From assembly GCA_036785375.1 (NCBI GenBank), contig JAWMAR010000105.1, positions 2,480,001 to 2,544,000 on the forward strand: 64,000 nucleotides of DNA. The letters are read 5' to 3'. Origin of the DNA: Leucoraja ocellata (lineage: Eukaryota). A program made the position numbers and the translations under genes. Every line of letters begins with the position of its first letter. Within the stretch, counting starts at the first letter, position 1. This document shows positions 53,982-64,000 of this stretch, piece by piece. The notes under the pieces were generated by a model, which ran no database searches, was not told where the DNA came from, and was given only the letters and a program-made list of their open reading frames with translations.

Positions 53982-54924
53982 AACCTTAGATTTTGTGGTC
54001 TTTGCCTAATTAAAGTTCAAGGACAAATAGGGATGAATAGTGAATGCTGACATTGTCAATGTCGTTCACATTGTATGAACGAATTAAAACAAAATGTAAA
54101 GACTTTATATGGCACTGCAAATTCTAGCGGTTGAAACAAGAGGCTTCCATGACAATCTTATCTTCACTATTGACATTAAATTTCCGACTAATATAAAAGC
54201 AGTAGAATTTATTTTTAAAAGTAATTAAAGAACAAGGTGTATACAATTATTTTAAAAAATGAAGATTTTAGAATCACTTTTCTTTGAATCCTTCACCCTT
54301 GATATAAAACAGATTTTAAAAATTCCAGTCATTGCAGAGAAAGCCAATTTTACCCAAAATAATGGTTAACTTCAGATTCTTTAATTAACATCAGTACCAT
54401 ACAGAATTTGCATCTTCAGGAAATAAGTAATGGTGAATAATCACCCGTATAATAATCACAAGCCAGAAACTAGTGACCATTGTGCTAATTTTTTCAAATA
54501 TGCACCCTATATTTTAATTAGTCTAGACTAGTAAATCAATAGTGAAGTTATGCGAAATAAATTAGTCTTACAATTATTTGTTCAACTGAGATGAATACAG
54601 TACCAAGGCAGGATAAAAATCTATGGTGTAATATTGCTCACTTTATCCCAATTTACCTTCAAGTGCTCTCCCCTTAAGCAACAACGACACCGTACACGAG
54701 TACCATTCTCTCACGTCACTGCTTAAACTTATTCAACTTAAAAACATTCCAAGTTGAGTTAACAGATCGTGTTCCATTTCACTTAAACCTTATTTTGCAT
54801 TCCCCTCCTCATTCCAAATGGACAATTCGGAACATATTTTTGTAATCACCTTGCATTCTTAGATTATTTGTCAATACTATAATCAAAAAAGTAGGAAATA
54901 TAGCACTGGTGGACACTTAAATTT

Positions 54925-55447
54925 TATAAAAAAAGGTTAAAGGAAATGTGGCTAAACAGATGTTGAATGGTTTCTATAATATAAATGGTCTAGTTTGGGG
55001 GGGGGGGGGGGCGTTGTCCCATTTGGTCTAGTTTGGGGGGGGGGGGTGCGTTGTTACATTTGGTCTAGTTTATTCTATTTTTATATTATTGAAAGCATTG
55101 AACATCTGTTTAGCCACATTTCCTTTAACCTTTTTATAGGGAGAGGAGGGGAGGAAGAGGAGGAGGGGAGCGGGACGGGCAGTGCTCGCAGCCGGGCATG
55201 CGGGACGTCACTCGCAGAGCAGACGCAGCACGCAGAGCCATTGTGACGTCATCAGCCCAAGCCGTTCTGGTTTAAACACTAATAACTCTTTTATTTTTTA
55301 TTGATTGGAAAAAATCCTCCTGTCCTGCGCAGCGGAGGGGGACTCCGAGTAAGACGGCCAAAAATCACTGCTGTAAGTGGCAGCGTTTTTTCTAAAATCA
55401 ATATACAGAACAGGAAGTGGTCAAGATCAGACTTTTAGTGATATAGA
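54925..55447 (-). mobile_element. Rearranged non-autonomous Helitron-like element
   Basis: Minus-strand 5' end A|TCTATATCACTAAAAG at ~55447; three ggtCTAGttt units and a ~50 bp inverted repeat at the left end. Confidence 0.55.
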
Positions 55448-56771
55448 TAAGGAAGGATAGATGGTGGAAAAACATGTACAGCTAAATGGAATTTCAGGCT
55501 AACAGCAGAGGATCTTACTTATTCACAATATTCGTTACTTTTCAATATCTTTATTCAATAGTGTTAGTGAAGTGTTTATACTTAAGAGAAAGCGGCTTGG
55601 AGATTTATTTTCATAATGTCATAAAAATGTGTTGTGCAGTTGAAAATAGACTCACTACGGAGTAGAGCCTTGAGGTTTATTCTACACACTGCTCACGCAT
55701 AAATCAACCTTCGCTGGGGCTTCAATGACGTTTCCACAATCAAAAATAACCTACAATGAGACTTTGCTTGCATGTGAAACTTCTCTAGCTGTAGATGGAT
55801 CACAAGTGACAGGGAGATTGCAGGCAATGTCAGAGTTAGTATGGAACACTCATCACCCAAGATCTTATGCACCCAGTAACCTATGCTTATAGTTAGACTT
55901 TGAGGAGCAATGTTATTTTACATCTGTGATGCTCTAAAATCTCCCAGGAACTTGTGTCTCGGCTGCTTTTCCTGCAAGACTGTGACAGTCATATTGCTGA
56001 TGGCACAGTACATAGTAATGTTGCCTCTCTGGTGCAACAACCTACCTTCAATCCTAATATTTGGTGCTGACCTAATATTTGGCCATGTCTGTTTCTCGCA
56101 GGCACGTCAGATATGTGGATATGTCAGTTTTTAGATTAATTGATGATTGTAAATTAACCCTGGTGTAGAAGGATGGGGAGTTGATGGATATTGAGGGGAA
56201 AAGTTGCAGGGAAATAATGGAGGCTATGGGATTCATGGAATCTCACCAAGAGCTAGAAGAAATTCAATAGGCTGAATGGTCTCCTTCTGAGTCATAAAAA
56301 AAAGAAATGAACATCCTAGCTTCAGTGTTATTCCTAGCCTTTGCCATTAATGTGGCTTTGCCACGTAACAAATTTGCTGCTCAATGCTCCATTATGGAGA
56401 TTCCCCAAAATTACATTTTCAAGGGGATAAGAATTAATCTACTTTGTTCTTCAGAAAGCAGGAGAAGGTAAAATGGACACAGAGATTCATTCAGTTCCCA
56501 GGTGTGGGCAGTGTGGGCAGGATGATTTGTTTATCTTGGAGACTAACAAATCACTCCCATCTCTATGTTTTTTTGACATATTTTACCCTAGAGATTCATT
56601 TTTCCTAAAAGTGCCTGTTTGTAGCTCATCATCATCATGACGTTCATGTCTCCAATGCATAATGTTTTTGACTAGTCTACTCAGAGACTTTGGAAGACCT
56701 CCTCCTCTTTCTCCCATTGTGTTAACATCTACTCTTGAAGCGAAATCACATCCCAATAGCTAGATAAGTAC

Positions 56772-57593
56772 GTTTAAGAAGGAACTGCAGATGCTGGAAA
56801 ATCGAAGGTTGGCAAAAATGCTGGAGAAACTCAGCTGGTTTTCACAACATTTTCGCCACCTTCAACGTGATCCCACCACTTGCCACATCTTCCTATCTCC
56901 TCCCCTGTCTGCTTTCCGCAGAGACCGCTCCCTCCGTAACTCCCAGGTCAATTCATCCCTTCCCACCCGAACCACCCCCTCTCCGGGCACTTTCCCTTGC
57001 AATCGCAAGAAATGCTACACTTTTCGCTTTACCTCCCCCCTTGACTCCATTCAAGGACACAAGCAGTCTTTCCAGGTGCGGCAGAGGTTCACCTGCACCT
57101 CCTCCAACCTCATCTATTGCATCCACTGCTCTAGATGTTAGTGGCTCTACATTGGTGAGACCAAGCATAGGCTTGGCGATCGCTTCGCCGAACACCTCCG
57201 CTCAGTTCGCAATAACCAACCTGATCTCCCGGTGGCTCAGCACTTCAACTCCCCCTCCCATTCCAAATCCGACCTTTCTAACCTGGGCCTCCTCCATGGC
57301 CAGAGGACCACCATAAATTGGAGGAGCAGCACCTCATATTTCGCTTGGGCAGTTTGCACCTTAGTGGCATGAACATTGACTTCTCTAATTTCAGGTAGTT
57401 CTTACTTTCTCCTCCCCTTCTCAGCTCTCCCTCTGCCCTCTGGCTCCACCTCTTCCTTTCTTTCTTCCTCCACCCCCCCCCCCCCCCCCCCCCCACATCA
57501 GTCTGAAGAAGGGTTTCGACCCGAAACATTGCCTATTTCCTTCGCTCCATAGATGCTGCCTCACCCGCTGAGTTTCTCCAGCATTTTTGACTC
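56772..57593 (+). mobile_element. Penelope-like retroelement with inverted partial pLTR at its 5' end
   Basis: Same family as 21261-22223 (FTCTSSNLIYCIHCSRC, premature stop); TSD gctagataagtac at 56759-56771 and 57594-57606; 5' segment is the reverse complement of the 3' tail. Confidence 0.9.
57503..57530 (+). ncRNA. Minimal hammerhead-ribozyme-like motif in the Penelope tail
   Basis: CTGAAGA-A-GGGT(TTCG)ACCC-GAAAC-ATT. Confidence 0.5.
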
Positions 57594-58800
57594 GCTAGAT
57601 AAGTACTCTTTCTTGTACATATATATCCCTTTAAAGGCTGGCTCCTGAGACAGCAACTGTGAGGCTAAGTCCCTACAGCTGTGAGATCCTACAACAGATC
57701 AATGTGCTGAAATTGACATAGGGCAACTTTACAGTGTGAAATCCAATAAAGTTGTTTAGTGTGTATGAAAGGAACTGCAGAAGCTGGTTTAAACCGAAGA
57801 TAGACAATAAAAGCTGGAGTAAAAGCTGGACAGGCAGCATCGCTGGAGAGAAGGAATGGGTGACATTTCGGGTTGAGACGCTTCAGAAAGTTGTTCAGAG
57901 AACCTCTGCAAATCTTTGAAACCTTTAAAAGCACTGGCATTATATGCAATGCCATTTTAACACCTTTAAAAAGGAGTGAAGGAATTTCTAGGCTAGAACA
58001 ATTTGAAGATAGAAACTTGCCAAAGTAGAAAGGAATTCAAACAATTGAGGAAGCTGTGTCAGAAATGAAAATAGTAATTATGACTGCACTGAAAAAAATT
58101 CTAATTTAAACAAGGTGCTGCAAACAGGAGACTTAAATTCAAGAGAAAATAAAATATTGTATCAATAGCAGCAATTCTAAATTAAAGAGAAATGCAGCAC
58201 AAATCTCAAGAAATAATCAGACTAATATGAACAAAGCACTGGGAAAATGTTGTGAAATCCTCATTTATGGTTTCTTCCAAATGCTTATTTAAAAAAACCT
58301 CACTGGAAATCAAAACAGTTCAGACAAAAGCAACAATGATATTAGTCCAAGTCAATAAACAAAGTTAAAATTGTTGTCTAATTGAGAAACAATTGTGTAA
58401 CTCTTATTAATACTAGGAATAAATGAAGTGGGAAAAAAAAATTCAAGTCAGGAAAATTAGGGGTGATGTTTGTGACGTATCCAAGGATCAAAAGAATCGA
58501 GATAAAAGCACATTAGAAAAAAAAGTCCATAAATTATTTCCCATATGTTCACTTTGTAATGAAGTGACTATAGGCTCAGGTGAAGTTTTTGAAAGAAACA
58601 GAACACGGTTACTTGTTGGGACTTATCACAGGACTGTCATCACATTATTGATCACAGGATTATTATTGCCGAGCTGCGTTTGTCAGCTGATACTACTGGG
58701 TATTCAAACCAAAATGGATCATTTCCAACACAGTGCTGTTATGAAAATTGTCATTAATAGGGGGTTTATCTTAAGTCAAACGCATAGGCCTGGATAATCT

Positions 58801-58984
58801 GTTTAAGAGGGAACTGCAGATGCTGGAGAATCGAAGGTTACACAAAAAAGCTGGAGAAACTCAGCGGGTGCAGCAGCATCTATGGAGCGAAGGAAATAGG
58901 CAACGTTTCGGGCCGAAACGTTGCCTATTTCCTTCGCTCCATAGATGCTGCTGCACCCGCTGAGTTTCTCCAGCTTTTTTGTGT
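58801..58984. mobile_element. Penelope pLTR-derived fold-back mini-element containing a perfect 145 bp palindrome
   Basis: 58840-58984 has 72 bp perfect arms centred on 58912; TSD ggcctggataatct at 58787-58800 and 58985-58998. Confidence 0.9.
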
Positions 58985-59789
58985 GGCCTGGATAATCTGG
59001 TCACTAGTAATGAGATAGCACTTGCTCCAGCCTCAAAGCCTTCTGTCGATAATGTTAAACAGTGTTTGTGTTGTCTGTCACTTTTTTGATCAAAGCTTAA
59101 ACCAGACCCTAACTGCATGACATCCAGGTGAAAAAGATTTTTTTTAAAGTAGGCTGATAAAGAATTATCACTGATATAACTTATTTTATTTTAATTTTGA
59201 AACATTTTCCAGAAGAAAAACATATTAGGTTGCATATTTGGGATTAAGGTCGAGCTAAAATATTACATTTAATTTAATTTTTTTTAGATAAATATACAGA
59301 ATTTTTAAATCATGATAGAGAAGAAATGATACTTCAGACTATACAATCTAGTAGAAATATGCCATTGATTCAGCGATTCAGCAACGTATGATGACTAATT
59401 CTGTTACATCACGCCTCACAAGGTAAAACAATTCTGATAGTTTTAATGACATGGATAATAAGAGGGCCATTTAAAATCAGTGATTCACTTGTACACATGT
59501 ACAGCAGCAGGGTATCAACAACAGATACTATAGGATGTATGTATTCAAATGTGCACTTGCAGACTCCACAAAGTGCTGCTGATTCAGACGTTATATAATC
59601 GTCTCTGCTGCAAATTCCAGTTCAGTTTGAATCATATCAATGCTTAATTTAAAAGAGTCCTAGCCGTAAAGTAATTTTCATCAGATTAACAAAAACTGCA
59701 ACAATGCAAAGCTCAGAATGACCAGAAAGCCCATTTTAAAGCCAAGCTAAGCAACTTGCTAGTTGGTTGCAACTTACCAACATGCTAAT

Positions 59790-60226
59790 GTATGATGAGA
59801 GTTTGACAGCTCTGTGCCTGTACTGGCTGGAGTTTAGAAGGATGAGGGTATCTCTGAAACTTACAGGATAATGAAAGGCTTGGATGTGGAGAGGATGTTT
59901 CCACTAGTGGGAGTCTAGGACCAGAGGGTACAGCCTCAGAATAAAAAGATGTACTTTAGAAAGGAGATGAGGAGGAATTTTATTTTAGCTAGCGGGTGAT
60001 GAATCACTGGAATTCATTACCAGTCAGCTGTGCAGGCCAATCTTTTATGTGTATTTTTAAAGCTGAGATTGACAGGTTCTTGATTAGTAAGGCGTCAAAG
60101 GTTATGGGGAAAAGCCAGGAGAATAGAATTGAGAAGGAAAGATAGAACACGCAACAATGCAAAATTATTGAATGGCAGAGTAAAATCAATGGGCCAAATG
60201 GCCTAATTCTGTACCTATGACTTATG
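59790..60226 (+). mobile_element. CR1-clade LINE 3' end
   Basis: Same subfamily as 38287-38692, opposite orientation. Confidence 0.85.
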
Positions 60227-60765
60227 AACTTATTATTAACTTGCTTCTCATGTTTAAACAATAGTAAACATTCAACCAGTGAGAATTGTGTACTTTCCAA
60301 TGGTTCACTGTCACATTAACACAATCACATTTCTGATTCTACTCAGAGCTGAAGCAGTTTAGCATCAGCAGAGATGACATCTATACTATGATATCGTCTT
60401 GAACAGGAATCTCCAATGTACGTTTTTTGGATTATGCTGCAGAAACAGCCAAGCATTGGAGCTTGAGTCACTTCTAAGTATTTGTTAGTAACCCAGATAC
60501 ATAGCAACAAAATAAGTTATCTAATCTTGGGCATTGTGCAACAAAAGTGGCCAAACAGCTTTCATCGTTTTTGCTTTTCAGCAAAATGAATTAGACACAT
60601 TTACTTGAAGACTATATAGCTGCATTTCTTTTCCTGCCCTTTCAAACATCACTAGACCAAGAATTACAGGATGATACCTACCTAAAAAAAATGTACACAA
60701 AGGCATTAAAAAAGTGTTATCAGCCATCTTTCTAATTCCTATACCATCGCCTCATTGTAAAGGCA

Positions 60766-61057
60766 CAGGCCCGTCTGGGTTACAAACGCCTGACTTATGA
60801 ACCAGCCACAACAATCAGAGCTGGGAGGCCGAGCAGAATCACTTACTCATTCACTGGGTCAGTGAGGCCGGTTGGCAAGTTGCCCTCACGCAATCCCACG
60901 CATGCTCTCACGCAATCCCACGCATGCTCACTCTCCTGAAACAACTGTTTCTGTGATCGTCTCAACGCATGCTTTCAGTTTATTTCCAACTTACAAACAA
61001 ATCTGGTGACGAACAGTTCGCAGGAACAGAACCCTTTTGTAACTTGGGGTCTGCCTG
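60766..61057. mobile_element. Pogo/Tigger-like MITE remnant
   Basis: Degenerate TIRs caggc..ctgggttacaaa / tttgtaacttggggtctgcctg-TA; internal 22 bp tandem duplication. Confidence 0.55.
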
Positions 61058-61436
61058 TAGTTAAATATGATCCAGAGTTTCTCCACATTACACAAAACAC
61101 TTCCAACTTCTCCACTATTTAAAGGACAAAGTGACATTAGTTATCCATTCCATGGTGATAATTCCCTTTCGAAAAGTATGACCAACAAATCAACAATTTG
61201 CTCATGCACCCAATTTGGAGAGCAACTTCTGGAAAAGGTCCTAGAAATGTTTCTGACTTTAATCTCATTAGTTATACCATTATTTTTTTTAATGGATATT
61301 GGATTTAATTTGTTCCTCCATGCTTTAGTCTTTCTTGTATGTTTCGTATTCTATTTTCATCCTTTACTGCAAAGTAAATATTAAGCAAAATAAAGGAGAC
61401 ACAAGCCAGTTCTTGGCCCATTCCTCCCCATCACCT

Positions 61437-61585
61437 GATCCCTTGTGGCTAAAGGGATCAGGGGGTATGGAGAGAAGGCAGGTACAGGATACTGAATTGG
61501 ATGATCAGCCATGATCATATTGAATGGCGGTGCAGGCTCGAAGGGCCAAATGGCCTACTCCTGCACCTATTTTCTATGTTTCTAT
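61437..61585 (+). mobile_element. CR1-clade LINE 3' tip
   Basis: Near-identical to 31270-31420. Confidence 0.85.
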
Positions 61586-62208
61586 ACAGGCCATCTCCCC
61601 TTTATTCTTTCAGTCCAGATGAAGGGTCCTGACCAGAAACATTTATAGTTTCTCTTCCTCCACAGCTGCTACCTGGCCGGTTGAGTTTCTCCAGCTGTTT
61701 GATTTTTGGACAGCAAAGGATATATTTCTACATTAAGGGAGCTCAAATGACTGAGCAGAAAACTGTGGGTTGATATTTTGTGCATATGGTGATCCCGCCC
61801 GCGAAGGTGTTAGGCATGCTGTGAAACCAAACAATGTACAATGCTCATTTATCCTCACTTTTGCAAGGTTTTCTTGCAAATATATGGGCAGTTAAACATA
61901 GAAAATAGGTGGAATACGCCATTTGGTCCTTCGAGCCAGCACAGCCATTGAATATGATCATGGCTGATCATCCATAACCAGTACCACATTCCTGCTTTCT
62001 CCCCATATCCCTTGATTCCGTTATTCAAATGTCCAAACACCCATCACCAACCATGTACACAATAACCTTCTGAACTCCCTACCCCATTTCTGTTCCCACT
62101 CCGGTCCTCTTCTTCATGATGTCTGCCCCACTGTGATGTTGGAAGAGTGGAGAGGGAAACCATGAATATTCACTGGGACATGCCTCAAAGCTTATGCAGA
62201 TAAAAGAA

Positions 62209-62430
62209 TAGACACAAAAAGCTGGATTCACTCAGCTGGACAGGCAGCATCTCCGGAGAGAAGGAATGGGTGACGTTTCGGGTTGAGACCCTTCTTCAGA
62301 CCCCATTTCATGTCTCGACCCCGAACGTCACCCATTCCTTCTCTCCAGAGATGCTGCCTGTCCCACCGAGTTACTCCAGCTTTTTGTGTCTATCTTTGGT
62401 TTAAACCAGCATCTGCAGTTCCTCCCTACA
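62209..62430. mobile_element. Penelope pLTR-derived fold-back mini-element
   Basis: Head-to-head pLTR halves (tagacacaaaaagctgg...ccagctttttgtgtcta). Confidence 0.8.
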
Positions 62431-63579
62431 TAGAGAAAAGAATTGGTCAATATTAGTTGTTATACTGTCGTTATTAGAATAGCAAATATTGATCAAAGTT
62501 TTAGACTCTAGCATCATGAAAAGCAAATGATATACTCCATTGAAGCTCCATATTAAGCTCTGTTCTTTTCAAAGCAGTAGACAAACAATCTGGCTTTAGT
62601 TAAATTTTTGTTTAGTTAAAACAAGGTAAATGAGGATGCGATATTCCCATACAGAGAAAAGAAAGAAAAAATAGCTGGCTAGGATTGGATGGAACATAGC
62701 AAACTAATTAATAGCAAGCACATTAGGGTATTTATACAGTACAATAGTTTTTAGGGATTCAGTTTGAACAATAATGTGAATGTGAGGTAAATGAATTTTG
62801 ACAGCTTAAATTCACCATAGCCAATTAAAGAACCTGTACACAATGACCGCCAGCGTTGCAAGAAGTAGACACTGACAGATTTTACAAAAACCTGAAGATT
62901 GCTTGGTGTTACTTTGAGTTTTTTTGTACCTTAACCTATTTGAGTTATAATGGGACAAAATACAACAAGTTCAGAATGTGAAGGGTCACAGGCTTACTTA
63001 CATGTCTTACTGAACAACTGCTTAAAATCAACTGCAAACTAAAGCAATTTGAATAAAATTGGTATCAATAGCCCACAGGTAGCCAATACACAATCTTAAC
63101 TTTAAATATGTTCAATTAAAAACTCAGCTGGACAAGACAATGAGTTTCCTTCTCGAGCTGCATCAGATAAAACTTTAATTAATCTCTTCACTAGGGTGAT
63201 GTATAACAATGCAGCTTCCCCTCCATGGAGTTGATGGGGCTGCTCCTCAGACACTGGTCGCACTTCAGCCCCAAGCTTCCAGTCTTTGAGTACCCGGTTT
63301 TGAGAGGGCCATCCTTGTCAGGATGCTTCTGGGTCTTGCCTCGTGTTTGTTCATATGTCCAGGCAACAGACCATGGATGGTCCATCTGTGCCAACTGCTT
63401 ATTCCTCTTCTGAAGTTACATTCATGCAAGAGTGTCCATGGAGAGAAAGCAAACCATCAGAGTATAGAAGTGAGATGGACCGATTGAACCAATGAACTGA
63501 TTGTGGACTTTGGAAGAGGAAAGATGAGGACCCATAATTACAGAGATTTGGTATTTCAGAGAGGATTCTCTTGAACTTC

Positions 63580-63890
63580 TACAGGTGTACAGTAGAGAGC
63601 ACATTGACTGGTTGCATCATGGCCTGGTTCGGCAACTTGAACACCCAGGAGCGGAAAAGACTGCAAACAGTTGTGAACACCACCCAGTCCATCACCGGCT
63701 CTGACCTCTCCACCATCTGAGGGTTTTATCGGAGTCGCTGTCTCAAAATGGCAGCCAGCATTATCAGAGACACAACCCATCCTGGCCACACACTTATCTC
63801 ATCCCTGCCATCGGAAAGAAGGTACATGAGCCTGAAAACTGTAACGTCCAGGCTCAGGAACAGATTCTTCCCTACTATTAAACAATACAA
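63580..63890 (+). mobile_element. Rex1/Babar-like LINE ORF2 C-terminal fragment
   Basis: TVESTLTGCIMAWFGNLNTQERKRLQTVVNTTQSITG. Confidence 0.8.
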
Positions 63891-63922
63891 CCTCAAATAA
63901 ACTCGGAACTTCAATATCATTA

Positions 63923-64000
63923 CTAGACTAAGTGGGACCCGTTGCGTCCCTGTCACGCAGGCCTAGTCTCCCAACGCAACCCGTTCCCCAACGCAATATT
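63923..64000 (-). mobile_element. Helitron 3' end (continues beyond the window)
   Basis: Reverse complement reads GGGAC-n7-GTCCC hairpin, acttagt, then CTAG|T. Confidence 0.65.

Noticed and set aside
1-64000. CRISPR arrays, rRNA or prokaryotic systems
   Set aside because: Vertebrate intron/exon and repeat structure throughout; no regularly spaced repeat-spacer array seen.

Overview
This is vertebrate genomic DNA, most likely a cartilaginous fish (skate/ray-like repeat repertoire), AT-rich and repeat-dense, with two assembly gaps. Two protein-coding genes are supported. The first is a 5-exon + strand gene (27350-44635, 278 aa) starting in a CpG island. Its C-terminal motifs match C16orf86, but its N-terminus looks like a divergent HSF-type winged-helix domain. 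The second is the last coding exon and 3' UTR of GFOD2 on the - strand, convergent with the first gene as in the human locus. The rest is mostly CR1, Rex1, RTE and L1 LINE fragments, tRNA-SINEs, Penelope-like elements with hammerhead-like motifs and fold-back derivatives, two Tc1 elements, a pogo-like MITE and Helitron pieces. The most unusual non-genic feature is a GC-rich ~640 bp fold-back element (4199-4837). Its two main stems carry 45 G-T wobble pairs and no A-C mismatch on the + strand, pointing to a single-stranded (probably RNA, possibly ADAR-edited) replication history. Homology calls are from memory of the families, not from database searches, and repeat boundaries without a stated TSD/TIR are approximate.
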